This document shows positions 51,581 through 62,650 of a DNA stretch of 64,000 nucleotides, in pieces. A program made the position numbers and the translations under genes. A model generated the notes under the pieces. The model ran no database searches and had not been told where the DNA came from. It saw nothing but the letters and a program-made list of their open reading frames with translations. The DNA is from Gammaproteobacteria bacterium (GTDB taxonomy: Bacteria > Pseudomonadota > Gammaproteobacteria > Ga0077536), in assembly GCA_963662545.2 (NCBI GenBank), contig CAXXLL010000002.1, positions 608,001 through 672,000 on the forward strand, in the 5' to 3' direction. Each line of letters opens with the position of its first letter. Positions within the stretch are counted from its first letter, which is position 1.

Positions 51581-52965
51581 GGGTCTACGCGGATTCATGT
51601 GGGTAAATTCTGAATTAGACCAAGTGTAAACCATTGAAATCATGTAGACATTCAGAGATTTCGTATGGGGTGAAAGTGGTTTCATTTTGTGGGTAGGCTA
51701 AGGCCATGAAGAATCCCAAGTCGATCCGAGCGCTGTTTGCGTTCCCTAGTTTTACCGCCGCATCGAAATTGGTGGGCATGTTTGGTGATCGGTATGCCCG
51801 TGTGATCCAACTCAAGAGGCGAAAAAAACAGCGATCTGTTCTCACTGTGCTCACCGGTGCCGCGGGCGTTACGACAAGAAGGTGCTGCGAGTACGAGACC
51901 TGTCAGTTGCCGGATGGCGAATCTACCTGGAGTTCGAACGCTGGCGTGTCAGTTGCCGGAGGTGCGGCGGCGTGCAGGTAGAACATCTTGACTGGCTGGC
52001 AAAGAACCCTCGCTATACGCAGCGCTTTGCCATGCAGGTGGGCAAGCTGTGCCGGGACATGCCGAACCAGGCTGTCGCCGAGAGGGAACGCCTGCACCAC
52101 AGCACGGTGAAAGACCTCGATAAGCTGTACATGCAAAAGCAGGTTGAGCTGGCGGGCATGCCAGCACCCCGGGCCATCGGTATTGATGAGATCTCCATCC
52201 GCAAAGGACATAACTACCGGGTCATCGTCAGTGACCTGGATCGGGGGCGTCCTATCTGGGTCGGTGGTGAAGGTCGCAAAGAGGCTGACATCGACCTGTT
52301 TTTCCAGGCATTGGGCGAGAACAAGAGCGCTCGCATCGAACTGGCGGCGATGGACATGTGGAAGCCGTTCCGTAACTCGGTCATGAACAACGCACCGCAG
52401 GCGCGGATCATCTATGACAAGTTCCATATCATGCGCCACCTCTCAAAGGCTCTCGATGAAGTCCGGCGCCGTGAATACAAACGTCTCCGCGGCAAGGACA
52501 GGAGTTACATCAAAGGCCAGCGATATACCTTGCTCTCGCGACGCGAGAACCTGAATCTGGATGGCAGACGAGCCCTGAAAAAACTGCTCCAGGCCAACCG
52601 GCGTCTGAACACCGCCTACGTCCTCAAGGAAACCTTCGGCCAACTCTGGGACTACCGTACCGAGCGCGGCGCGCGTGCCTTTTTCGAGCGCTGGAAGGAC
52701 AGTCTGAAATGGCAGCGATTGGCGCCGTATCGCAAGTTTGCTGAGCTGATTGAATCCCATTGGGATGGCATTGCTTCCTATTGTGATGCTAAGAATAAAG
52801 TCAGTCTTGGATTGGTCGAAGGGGTCAACAACAAAATCCGGGTCCTGCAACGACGCGCCTATGGCTATCGTGATGAGGAATTCCTCAAACTGAAAATCAT
52901 TGCGGCATTTCTTCCGCCACTACCCAGAAATGCCAATATCAACCCACACGTTTCCGCGTAGACCC
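51581..52965 (+). mobile_element. ISL3-family element
   Basis: IRs GGGTCTACGCGGA / TCCGCGTAGACCC; 8-bp TSD AATTAAGT. Confidence 0.93.
51706..52961 (+). CDS. ISL3 transposase, probably read through a -1 frameshift at an A7 run (~51822)
   Basis: IGIDE, AMDMW, YDKFH and EGVNNKI..RRAYG motifs; N-terminus lies in another frame. Confidence 0.85.
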
Positions 52966-53118
52966 AATTAAGTTTACTTCAGTTAAGCATATTAAGGTTC
53001 GATCTATAGAGAACAGTTAGTAACCTATGCCTCTGATCGCGTCGTGATATTTTGCCGGCAGCGCAAACATTACTTTAACAAAGCTAGCGTAATCCAAAGG
53101 GTATCTTTGAACACTGTG

Positions 53119-53427
53119 AATGTCGCCTTGGGGTCGTCAGCAGCCTGATTGGGGCGGTGCAGCACCTTTCAGCAACACGTCTGCTGTCCCCTCGTAAGCG
53201 GTCATTAAGTAGCGTTCGACGACGCGACTATGACGGACGGCGGCTCTCGGCCGAGGCTGTGTCAAAAGTATTTTCGAATTTTGAAAGTGGGAGAAGTTTA
53301 GCCCGATTCGTCTACCTTAGGCGGTGCGTTCCCTTAATCAATCGTGCATAACAACCTAAGTGGGGAAAATTTTCACGGCGGGCTCCATTTTTCGACTTTT
53401 GACACAGCCTCGGCCATTTGCAGACGT
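53119..53427 (+). repeat. tripartite repeat, copy R9 (MITE in third palindrome)
   Basis: AATGTCGCCTTGGGGTCGTCAGCAGCC / ACGTCTGCTGTCCCCTCGTAAGCGGTC / GGCGGCTCTCGGCC[MITE]GGCCATTTGCAGAC. Confidence 0.85.
53253..53411. mobile_element. 159-bp IS1182-type MITE (inverted relative to the other three)
   Basis: IRs GAGGCTGTGTCAAAAGT / ACTTTTGACACAGCCTC, almost identical to the IS1182 ends; TSD GGCC. Confidence 0.9.
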
Positions 53428-53463
53428 CGATCGATTTCGGATTCTGTTATTTGAGTGTCCTCT

Positions 53464-53715
53464 TTAGCGATGTATCTGGAACATGTTCTGAGTACAGTGC
53501 CAGTAAGTCTCGATATCGAACACGCGCTTGAGGCGTTGCGCCCATGTCATAGCGGTGCGGCGCTGGGCGGGCGTCTTGTCTTCGGTGCGATCGCGCGGTG
53601 GCCGTCCCCGCCCGGCCGGCGTGACGGCGGCACGATGGGCGCTGTTGGGGGCGAACACGCCGTGGAAGCGCGTCAGGTTGACCCGGGGCTTGGGCACCAG
53701 GGCGACCAGGCGCAA
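53464..53715 (-). pseudogene. ISCR-type IS91 transposase fragment
   Basis: LVPKPRVNLTRFHGVFAPNS...MTWAQRLKRVF. Confidence 0.8.
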
Positions 53716-53726
53716 GCGGCGACGGC

Positions 53727-54020
53727 TTGCACGATAGTCTCGACACCTTGCGTGCGGGCGGCCGTTATGTTTTCTTCGGCGCGACGCGGGGCAACGCCGA
53801 GAAGGGCGTTAACATGGCCAAGCTCTTTTTTCGCCAAATCCGGATCCAGGGTACGACGATGGGCCGGCCACAGGAATTTAAGGACATGGTCGATTTTGTC
53901 AATTTGCACGGTATCGAACCCGTTATCGACGAGGTCGTCCCATTCGAACAGGCGGTCGCCGCCCATCAGCGCCTGCTGGATGCCGAACAGATGGGCAAGA
54001 TAGTCCTCGAGATTGCATGA
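53727..54020 (+). pseudogene. C-terminal fragment of a zinc-binding dehydrogenase / quinone oxidoreductase
   Basis: GGRYVFFGAT...IQGTTMG...PVID...GKIVL; N-terminus absent. Confidence 0.75.
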
Positions 54021-54039
54021 GCGCTTGGCGCCCTTTTAA

Positions 54040-54630
54040 ATGAACCGCTTTATCGGACGGCTCGCACTCGTTACGCTGTTCAGTGCGTGCACCACGGTCG
54101 CGGCACAGGATTTCAAAAGCGGTGAACGCCTGTTGATCCCGGTACCGGACGGTTGGGAAAAGGTATACCACAAGCGTGTAAAGGACGTCGCGCAGGCGGA
54201 ATACGTGCCGGAAAGTCAGAGCCGTGATATATGGGACGAGATGATCACGGCCCAGATCCTATTTGGCCGCGCCAAGGTGTTACCGGATAAAGTATTGCTG
54301 AGCGTTGCCGACGGCGCGAGCAAGCGTTGTGAGCTATTCGAAGTCCGGCCGCTTGAGTTCGACAACAAGGCCGTCTACCGCACGCTCGGCATCGTCGTAT
54401 TGTGCGGTTCCAATACGCGCACCGGGCAGGGCGAACTCGTTTTCGTCAGGGCGATCGGCGGCACCTACAATTTTTACATCGTGCAGAAAATTTGGCGGAC
54501 GCCGGAGTTCGATATATCTACGGAGTTGCCGGTGCCCCTCGCCGAACGCCAGACCTGGCTCGAATACCTCACGTCCATTGATGTCTGCGATCTGGGTCTA
54601 GGGAACTGTCCGGAATCGGTGAAGGAATAA
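54040..54630 (+). CDS. secreted hypothetical protein
   Basis: 196 aa with a signal-peptide-like N-terminus and several Cys. Confidence 0.7.
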   Translation: MNRFIGRLALVTLFSACTTVAAQDFKSGERLLIPVPDGWEKVYHKRVKDVAQAEYVPESQSRDIWDEMITAQILFGRAKVLPDKVLLSVADGASKRCELFEVRPLEFDNKAVYRTLGIVVLCGSNTRTGQGELVFVRAIGGTYNFYIVQKIWRTPEFDISTELPVPLAERQTWLEYLTSIDVCDLGLGNCPESVKE

Positions 54631-54655
54631 GCGGCATTGGGGCTAGCCCGCCCCG

Positions 54656-55747
54656 TTACGCGACCGCTTTACGTTCGCCGAATCCGGTTTGAAATCGTGG
54701 CGCCACCTCGTTGGCGAACATCGTCATCGACCGCTCAATTTTTTCGAACGGCAAAGCGTACAGATCGCAATGCGCGACGAAATGGTTGTAACCCATCTCG
54801 ATGTGGCGTTCGATTTTCTCGGCCACTGTGTCCGGTGAACCGACAAACAAGAGATCCAACACCTGTTCCATAACCTCCGGTTTCCCCAGGCTTTTCAGCA
54901 TATTGAACAGCGCCATCCAGGATTCATAGCCCTTGATCTTGTCGAAGCGCGTGCTATCCACGGTGTAGTGTCTTTGTTGCAATTGAAAAAAACGGGTCAT
55001 GGTTTCGCGTGCAATCGCGTAGGCCTCTGCGTCGGTCTCGGCAATGACCGTCGGCACCCAATTAATGCGGTCGGCGCTCGTATCGCCGCCAATTTCCGCG
55101 GTGACCTTCGCCCATTCCTTGATGTTTGCCTCCTGAACCTCCGGGTCGGGATAACCCGCATTCAACACCGGCAGACCCATTTCGGCGTATTTGCGGGCGC
55201 TGGTCGGATTCGCATACGGCCCGTAAAACGTGATGTTTTCCGTCCTTGCCCGCGGTCGCAGTTCAACCTCCCGGGTGACGCTCACGAACTCGCCCTCATA
55301 GGTAAAGCTGCCCCCGGCCAACGCTTTTCGCAGGATCGCCAGCGCATCATTGAAGCGCCCCTGGGCGTCCGGCATGGGCACGCCGTAGGCCTCATGTTCC
55401 ATCGGCGCCGTCCCGCGACCCACGCCCATATAGAGATGCCCATCGGTTTGGTTCGACAACATCGCGATCTCGGCCGCGAGGCGCAACGGCTGATACCATG
55501 GCAGCACTAAGACGCAGGTGCCGAGACCCAGTTCCGGGCATTGCGAAGCGATCTGGGAGAGCGTGATCATCGGGCTCGGTGTTGCATAGTAGTCGGTGAA
55601 ATGATGCTCGGCCACCCAGACCGCCTCATAGCCCAGATCCCGCCCCAGCCGAGCGATCTTCATGCGTGTTTGGTAGATTGTGTGGTCGTCCGAACCGAGT
55701 GCATCCGTCGGGTTTGCGGAAAAATCAAAATGAATGTCCTGTGTCAC
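54656..55747 (-). CDS. LLM-class flavin-dependent oxidoreductase
   Basis: GYEAVWVAEHHF, PLRLAAE, GVGRG and VGSPDTV motifs. Confidence 0.9.
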   Translation of the reverse strand: MTQDIHFDFSANPTDALGSDDHTIYQTRMKIARLGRDLGYEAVWVAEHHFTDYYATPSPMITLSQIASQCPELGLGTCVLVLPWYQPLRLAAEIAMLSNQTDGHLYMGVGRGTAPMEHEAYGVPMPDAQGRFNDALAILRKALAGGSFTYEGEFVSVTREVELRPRARTENITFYGPYANPTSARKYAEMGLPVLNAGYPDPEVQEANIKEWAKVTAEIGGDTSADRINWVPTVIAETDAEAYAIARETMTRFFQLQQRHYTVDSTRFDKIKGYESWMALFNMLKSLGKPEVMEQVLDLLFVGSPDTVAEKIERHIEMGYNHFVAHCDLYALPFEKIERSMTMFANEVAPRFQTGFGERKAVA

Positions 55748-55820
55748 TGACGATCCTCCAATAAACCAAGCCTAAGATAATGGCGCATTTTCACATGTAA
55801 CGGCGGCTTATGACACCCGT

Positions 55821-56128
55821 GATGTCCGTTATGGGTCCAGGCTGTCCGAAAACTCCGAAAAATCGTTACGTGACGAAAAGTTCCCCCACTTGTTGTCCTC
55901 ATAGCAGATGAATTAGGGATCACACTGTTCGAATTGATCAAGTTGGATAACGCATCCCCCACTTTCCAAATTCGAAATTAGTTTTCGGACAGGCTGGGTC
56001 GTTAGCGGCCCCGTCGCCACAGCACTGCACTGCTAAGCATTATGTCTGCAGTACCCTCAATAGCGGTCGTCCAATAGCGTTCGGTGGCACGAGCATGACG
56101 CGCGGCGGCTGTCGGCAAAAAACGGTCA
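55821..56128 (+). repeat. tripartite repeat, copy R10 (MITE in first palindrome)
   Basis: GATGTCCGTTATGGGTC[MITE]GGTCGTTAGCGGCC / ATGTCTGCAGTACCCTCAATAGCGGTC / GGCGGCTGTCGGCAAAAAACGGTC. Confidence 0.85.
55838..55996. mobile_element. 159-bp IS1182-type MITE
   Basis: IRs CAGGCTGTCCGAAAACT / AGTTTTCGGACAGGCTG; TSD GGTC. Confidence 0.87.
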
Positions 56129-56361
56129 TGAACATCTTCAACTTTGCAAAAGAAAACCCCGCGCTGAGGAACACTTTGCAAAAGAAAACCCCGCGGAGGT
56201 GGAGCTTCGTATTCTGATAGCGATCCGGCATCCCTTCCGCCTAAGAATCTCCACAAGCGGAACTGGCGGGCCTTATCGACTAAGGCTCGATGCACCCCTA
56301 AACTCGAGCACGGATGCCAGGCCTCATTGCTTCGCTATTTCCCGCATTCGTAAAGCGTAGT

Positions 56362-57285
56362 TCAGACTTGGCTGAGCGCCTCGATCTGGATCTTGAGCCA
56401 AGCCTGCTGTACGACGCCAACCTTGCCGAGATGGTCGCGGTTCGTATAGAGGCTCATGTGGTCAACGCCTCTTACCGAGGCGAAGCTCTTGTTCGGGTTG
56501 GCAATCGCGTTGAAGGCTTCCGCTTCCAAATCGGCCGACGTGATGTTATCGCCCGCGGCTAGGGTCATCATGACTGGCGTCTCAACGATCCGCTCACTGA
56601 AGGGGCTGACCTTATAACTCATCAGCAATTCGACCGACTCGATCGTATTATAGTGTTCGTGAAGCGGCGCCTCATTCTGTTTGATGGCGTCAAAACCCTT
56701 GTAGACATGCGGGAACGGCCAAGAGCTTATTTCCTCGTTAGGTTCCAATGTCGACATCGGCAACATGGCGCTCGGTTCACCCTTTTGGCGCTGCCGACGG
56801 TCTTCCAAGATCAGTTTGTTGAGCTGTGCAAAGCGTGTTTCCCCGTGGCAGCGTCGCATTGTCTGAAAGCCGTCGACCACTGGGATGGTCGAGATTGCAA
56901 AGGCCGGACGAGGGTCTAGAGCAGACGCGATCAGTACGTGACCGCCGCTATAGGAGATACCCCAAATACCGATCTTCCTATTGTCGATACCAGGAAGCGA
57001 CTCGGCGAAGGTGAGCGCGTTGCGGTAATCCTCGATCTGATTCCACGGATTGATGTGTTGTCGCGGCTCACCAGTGCTTTCGCCGAAATTCCGATAGTCG
57101 AACCGTAGTGTGGCGCAGCCTATATCATGAAACCACGTGGCGTAGTGGGGCATCACGATCTCCTTCGTGTAGCACCACCCGCCAGCCATTATGACCAACG
57201 GCACGTCCCCGCCGGCATTCTCCGGCATCGTCAGTACACCAACGCAGGTATCCCCACAACTATTGAAGTTCACTGTTTCCGACAT
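56362..57285 (-). CDS. alpha/beta hydrolase (S15/CocE/YcjY-like)
   Basis: FDYRNFGESTGEPR and WGISYSGG nucleophile motif. Confidence 0.88.
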   Translation of the reverse strand: MSETVNFNSCGDTCVGVLTMPENAGGDVPLVIMAGGWCYTKEIVMPHYATWFHDIGCATLRFDYRNFGESTGEPRQHINPWNQIEDYRNALTFAESLPGIDNRKIGIWGISYSGGHVLIASALDPRPAFAISTIPVVDGFQTMRRCHGETRFAQLNKLILEDRRQRQKGEPSAMLPMSTLEPNEEISSWPFPHVYKGFDAIKQNEAPLHEHYNTIESVELLMSYKVSPFSERIVETPVMMTLAAGDNITSADLEAEAFNAIANPNKSFASVRGVDHMSLYTNRDHLGKVGVVQQAWLKIQIEALSQV

Positions 57286-57421
57286 GGGCTTTCTCCCGGA
57301 CCTAGTTGTTTTCGTTTGCGAAAACATTGACAACTGCAGATCACTCGGTCAAAAGACACGAGCACCTAATGAACGAGATCCCGGTAAGTCTACGCCACAA
57401 AGTCAGGCAGGTGCGCGCCGT

Positions 57422-57605
57422 CTAAGCTCGCGTTTGATTTGTCCATGCACGCCGCGCTTTTGACCGGACCGGCAAGACGCGTAGGGACTTGGGCGCGTTA
57501 TGGCAGGAGTAACCCTTGTCGACATAGACGCGCTCCGGTGCGACACCAATCCAGTTGGTCAAATCTTCGATGACGGTCCTGAGGGTGCTGTCGTCATAAG
57601 GGTTT
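57422..57605 (-). pseudogene. IS5-family transposase fragment
   Basis: NPYDDSTL...VYVDKGY; ends at the left edge of repeat R11. Confidence 0.65.
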
Positions 57606-57606
57606 G

Positions 57607-57750
57607 AGGTCCGCAAAGGGTCGTCACCCGCCTAATCGCGGCACTGCAGCACTTCTCAAGGTTACGTCTGCAATGCGCTCGTAAGTGGTCGTCGAGGTCC
57701 CTCAAGCGTCGAGTCGAGAGGGTACGGCTGCAGTCGGCCACAAGCGGCCA
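57607..57750 (+). repeat. tripartite repeat, copy R11 (uninterrupted; empty counterpart of R1)
   Basis: GTCCGCAAAGGGTCGTCACCCGCC / ACGTCTGCAATGCGCTCGTAAGTGGTC / GGCTGCAGTCGGCCACAAGCGGCC. Confidence 0.87.
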
Positions 57751-57789
57751 TCACATTCGTACAGACCAAGTTCGTCAATCGTCGATGGG

Positions 57790-58330
57790 GGCGATAATCT
57801 TGACCATGCCGCTCCACGCCTGGCAGGTCTCGTTATCGATGTTGAACAGGCTTTGGGGCGTTGTGCCCATGTCATGGCAGCGCGTCGTTGGGCCGGTTCC
57901 TGGTCGCCGCGACGAGCGGGCGTGACCTGGGCGCGCAGCGGGCTATTCGGCGCAAAGACGCCGTGGTAGCGGATGAGGTTGACGCGGGGGTTGGGAATGA
58001 GTGCCGCGAGGCGTGCCACCAGATCGAGCGGCTCGAAAAAGACATGGGTGGTGCCATCGCGATAAGGCGTTTTGAGCGCGTATCGCACGAGGCCCTGTGA
58101 GGTGAGTGACAGGCGCTGTTCGGAGAGCGCGGGTCGGGTGATATAGCGGCACAGTCGTTCGAGTTTCTTTTGTTCCCAGGGCTCGGTGGCGACGCCAGCG
58201 TGCAACGAAAAGCCCGAGGCTTTGGCGAGTCTCTCGCCGGGCGGGTCCTGTTCGCTCTGCGCCGGCAGGGTTTGCAGGGTGAAGGCCTGGTGGCCTTGCC
58301 GTGGTCCCAGGCGAATATCGCGGCGTAATG
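57790..58330 (-). pseudogene. ISCR-type IS91 transposase fragment
   Basis: GFSLHAGVA, LERLCRYITRP, KTPYRDGTTH and RYHGVFAPNS motifs. Confidence 0.85.
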
Positions 58331-58948
58331 CGACGGCTCGGGCGTATCCACGATTGATGACATGTCGGTTGGACGCCTGAATAGATGCCCCAATTAAACA
58401 CCAGGTCTGGACTGTAGCGGCACATATTATTCGCCCACAAGCGGGCTCCGATCCGCTCCCCATAGGCGCCCGCTTGCTGGCGAAATACGGAGGGTCCTTC
58501 CGGCCTGGTCGAAACTCGAATGGGAGGTCAGCACTGTGATCGCATGCCCGTTCGGATCCGCCATCCGGAAATACCAGTGGCCGTACCCCAGCCGAGCGCC
58601 GATCTCTCCGGTTCGAGCCCCGCTTCCTGCAGTCGGGTTCGGTATCGTTCGAGGTGCTCGCGCTCGTGTTGGGGGATCATGCTGTCGACCGGCCCGATGT
58701 GGCCGGAATACCCGGCGTTGGAGGCTGGAAATTCTGGTAACAGGTACGCCCTATCCCCGCCGTCACCGGCGGCGGCTAACCCGTCTGTTAGAAACGATCT
58801 GAAGTAAATATACTGTGGGAGAACCGTTACGTAAGTTACGAGGAATACTTATGGCGCCCCGCCTGGAACTCGTCGACGTCGGCAGTCCGATGAAGTGGCT
58901 GGACGCTCACGGATCGCCTCGTCGAAGCACTTATCAAGGATATCGTAA

Positions 58949-59848
58949 ATGCCGGGTTCGGCGCGATTGAGCTGCTGCATCACCTTCGATTTCGATGCGA
59001 TGTCGTCCTGGATCGGATCGGCGAAGAGCGAAAATCCGAGCATGATTTCGCGCGGGCAGTTCGGGGCGGTCGCGGTGCCGCGGATACTCAACCTGTTGCG
59101 CAGATACGCCGTACATGCGAGCTTCGCCGTTCCCGGCCATACGGCCTACGCCTACCCCGACGTGGTCAAGCGGATCGCCGGCGACGGCCACGAAATCCTG
59201 CATCACGGCTGGGTGCACGAGAACCCGGCGCGCCTCGACGAAGTCGGTGAACGACGCGTCCTCGAGCGCGGCATCGAGGCCCTCGAATGCGTGCTTGGCA
59301 GGCGACCGGTGGGCTACCGCTCGCCGGCCTGGGATCTAAGCAAATCGTCGATCGCGCTGCTACTCGAATACCGGTTTCTCTACGATTCGAGCTGCATGGG
59401 GCACGATAGCTACCCGTATTATCTGCGCGTGGGCGATGAAGGGTCGCGCGATGCCGCGTACCAGTTTGGCGAAACGGTTGATCTCGTCGAGCTTCCCGTG
59501 ACCTGGGGGCTGGATGATTTTCCGCTGTCGGAATACGTCCCCGGATTCAATGAGGGACTGCGTCCCGCGGCGCAGGTCGAAGAATTGTGGCGTGGCGATT
59601 TCGATTACGCGCTGGAGAACGCCCCGGGCGGGATCTTCACGCTGACGCTCCATCCCCAGGTGATCGGGCGGGGTAACCGGATGCGGATGCTGGAACGCCT
59701 CCTCGAATACTTCGCTTCTCATGAGGGTGTCGAATTCGTTTCGATGGAACGCTACGCAAGCGCGTGGAAGACCCAAAACCCGCTCGAACAATGGAAACGC
59801 GATAATCCCGATATCACCGGAGAAAACGCCATCACAGATCGACGCTGA
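58949..59848 (+). CDS. polysaccharide deacetylase family (PuuE/HpPgdA-like) protein
   Basis: TFDFDA, HEILHHGWVHE, GYRSPAW, YDSS and LHPQVIGR motifs. Confidence 0.9.
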   Translation: MPGSARLSCCITFDFDAMSSWIGSAKSENPSMISRGQFGAVAVPRILNLLRRYAVHASFAVPGHTAYAYPDVVKRIAGDGHEILHHGWVHENPARLDEVGERRVLERGIEALECVLGRRPVGYRSPAWDLSKSSIALLLEYRFLYDSSCMGHDSYPYYLRVGDEGSRDAAYQFGETVDLVELPVTWGLDDFPLSEYVPGFNEGLRPAAQVEELWRGDFDYALENAPGGIFTLTLHPQVIGRGNRMRMLERLLEYFASHEGVEFVSMERYASAWKTQNPLEQWKRDNPDITGENAITDRR

Positions 59849-59854
59849 TTCCAC

Positions 59855-60410
59855 ATGAAGACTTTTCCCCACCTTGAAGTCAAAGGCGACGCGGCGGCGC
59901 GCGGCGGCGCTCACGGCGAGGCGTTTCGCGAGCGGATCGAGAAGACGTTTTCGTTCTACATGGACGACCTCTTTGCGTCGAGCCCTCTGTCGGGAGCGGA
60001 GATCGAGGCGCGCGCGAACCGGATCAAGGCACTGACCGTGGAAGCCGCGCCCGACTGTGCTGCGGAAATCTCCGGGATCGCGGCTGGCGCCAATCTCGAA
60101 GAATGGAAACTCTTCGTGCTCAACGCCCGCACGGAGATTCTGAATGCGAAGGTCACCGAATGTACGGCTTTCTACTTCGCGGAATCGCGGGTGCTCGCGC
60201 AGAACTGGGACTGGGTCGAACCGCTGGAAGACCTGGCCGTCGTCATCACGCACGAAAGAGACGACGGGCGGCGATACGCAGTCTTCGTTGAGCCCGGCAT
60301 GATCGGAAAGATTGGGCTCAACAGCGATGGGATCGGGGTATGCCTAAACATTCTGTTCACGCCGCACGATTTGAGCGGCCTGCCGATCCATATCCTGAAC
60401 GGCGCGTTAC
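59855..60410 (+). pseudogene. C45-family (Ntn) peptidase/acyltransferase, truncated and fused to an IS3 fragment
   Basis: LNARTE, ECTA, AQNWDW and KIGLNSDG motifs; sequence switches to IS3 at about 60411. Confidence 0.8.
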
Positions 60411-60738
60411 TGGATTCCGACCGCGGACCGCAATACACCAGCGATGACTTCCGAGCGCTACTGGCGCGTTACGGGATCGAATGCAGTATGAGTGGTCGTG
60501 GTAGTTGTTACGACAATGCACCGGTCGAAAGCTTTTTCGCGCTACTCAAGCGCGAGCGCATTCGCCGACGCACTTACGCTTCTCGAGAGGACGCCAAGGC
60601 TGATGTGTTCGACTACATCGAGCGTTTCTACAACCGATGTCGGCGTCATGGCTACCTGGACTATTCCAGTCCGGTAGACTTTGAAAGGCAGGCAGTGAAG
60701 ACTTAATCAACTGGTCCGAAATTCTGGGGCCGAACCAC
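60411..60738 (+). mobile_element. IS3-family remnant (orfB C-terminus + right IR)
   Basis: SDRGPQYTS, CYDNAPVESFF and YIERFYN motifs; end CTGGTCCGAAATTCTGGGGCCGAACCA. Confidence 0.82.
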
Positions 60739-60792
60739 TCGGCCATTTGCAGATGTCGATCGATTTCGGATTCTGTTATTTGAGTGTCCGCT

Positions 60793-61440
60793 TTAGCGAT
60801 GTATCTGGAACATGTTCTGAGTACAGTGCCAGTAGGTCTCGATATCGAACACGCGCTTGAGGCGTTGCGCCCATGTCATAGCGGTGCGGCGCTGGGCGGG
60901 CGTCTTGTCTTCGGTGCTATCGCGCGGTGGCCGTCCCCGCCCGGCCGGCGTGACGGCGGCACGATGGGCGCTGTTGGGGGCAAAGACGCCGTGGTAGCAG
61001 ATGAGATTGACGCGCGGTTTGGGGATCAGAGCGGCCAGGCGTGCAATAAAGTCCATCGGTTCGAAGAACACGTAGGTGGTGCCGTCACGATGGGAGGTTT
61101 TGAGTTCGTAGCGCACGAGGCCGTTGGCAGCCAGCGAGAGGCGTTTTTCGGAGAGCGCGGGGCGGGTGATGTAGCGGGTGAGACGTTCGAGCTTGTTGCG
61201 TTCCCACGGTGCGGCGGCCACGCCGGCATGAACGGAGAAGCCGCCCGCCTTGGCCGAGCGCGCGCTGGTGCGCGCAGGCTCAGCTTGGGCCGGCAAGGTT
61301 TGAAGTGTGAAAGCCTTGCGCCCTTGGCGGGGCCCGAAGGCAATGCGGTAGATGATGGAACTGCCGAGCACCTGGGCCAAGCCATCGTCATCGCGAGGCT
61401 CGAGCTTGGCTGGCGCGAAAGCCAGCAGATTGTAGCCCGT
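60793..61440 (-). pseudogene. ISCR-type IS91 transposase fragment
   Basis: SIIYRIAFGP, GFSVHAGVA, LERLTRYITRP and HGVFAPNS motifs. Confidence 0.85.
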
Positions 61441-61630
61441 CGGATCGATTGTCGACCAGTCCTCTAGGGCCCATCGGCTTGCTTCCGTTGATTGCCCGGG
61501 GCGGTTGCATGTCGTCGTGGTCGATTACCCGATCCGAGGCGATACCGAGCTCGTGTCTGGACGAGGCGATCACAGTCGGATATCGTCCGTCCCCTCGATC
61601 AGCCGGCAATCCGCGAAGGGATGAAAAACA

Positions 61631-62161
61631 ATGAATGATCAGGGAAGCACCAGCTTACACGATCCGGCACGCTGGCTTGCGGTGATACGAATCGCGGTCG
61701 GTCTCTGGTTCATCAAAGCTCTCTGGACCAAATGGGTTTTGCTTGGAGGCGTGCTTCCGATACCCGTAGCCTCGGAACGTTGGGTCGAGTCGATGACACG
61801 GATCGTCTCCGGCTATCTCGAGGGCCACCCGCTGCCGTGGTACCGGGATTTTCTGGAGAACACGGTATTGGCCAATGCAGAGCTGTTTGCAAATTTGACG
61901 GCAATCGGTGAGGTTGCGATCGGTATCGGTCTGGTTTTTGGGTTTATGACCGGGGTCGCCTCGATGATCGGATTGTTGGTCACCAGTGCCTATGTGCTGG
62001 CTGGTCTCGGTTTGATACTTCCAAGGCAGGGACTCCGTCTGTTGGTGTGGATCTCCACGCTGGCATTTCTGTTCGCCCGAGCCGGGCGCGTTTGGGGTCT
62101 GGACGGGTGGATTGCTCGTAAGTATCCCGACTCGTTCCTCGCGCGTTTCCCGCTTTCCTGA
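61631..62161 (+). CDS. DoxX/TQO-small-subunit-like membrane protein
   Basis: IRIAVGLWF, GEVAIGIGL and AGRVWGLDG motifs. Confidence 0.8.
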   Translation: MNDQGSTSLHDPARWLAVIRIAVGLWFIKALWTKWVLLGGVLPIPVASERWVESMTRIVSGYLEGHPLPWYRDFLENTVLANAELFANLTAIGEVAIGIGLVFGFMTGVASMIGLLVTSAYVLAGLGLILPRQGLRLLVWISTLAFLFARAGRVWGLDGWIARKYPDSFLARFPLS

Positions 62162-62195
62162 CGGTGGCCCTCAAAAAGGACGGGTCGACACCCGC

Positions 62196-62650
62196 GCATA
62201 GGTAGAACAAAGGCCCTTTTCGGTATGTCGGCCGAGTATTCTGAGGTCATCGAACAACTGTCGAGCTGAACTTCGACACGGTGTTGGTCTGGGTCTCGCG
62301 CCTGAGTCGGCAGAAATCTCGCACTTCAGGGTGATTTTGCGATTGTTCCGAGCGTCGGGATAACAACAACTCTGCCACCTCGTTGGCATCGCAGCTGCGG
62401 GTGTTAGTCGCGCAGTTGGCGTGCATCAGCCAAACAAGCTGGCCTGAGGCGGTCCCCGAGACGGTGGCGAACGCCGGGCGGCGCCTAAAGCATCTTTGCG
62501 CTCGAGGTGCGTCAGGATCTCCTCGATCACGACAGGTTCTTCGATGCAGGCGATGATGCGCACAGTACCCGCAGGCTCTGCAGATGGTGATGTCGATTTG
62601 AAACACGCGCTTGAGTCTTTGTGACCATGTCACTGCGGCGGGGCGCTCTG
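62196..62650 (-). mobile_element. ISCR-like 3' remnant with a candidate oriIS end
   Basis: TWSQRLKRVFQIDITICRACG; minus strand GAAAAGGGCCTTTGTTCTACCTATGC resembles ISCR ori ends. Confidence 0.65.
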
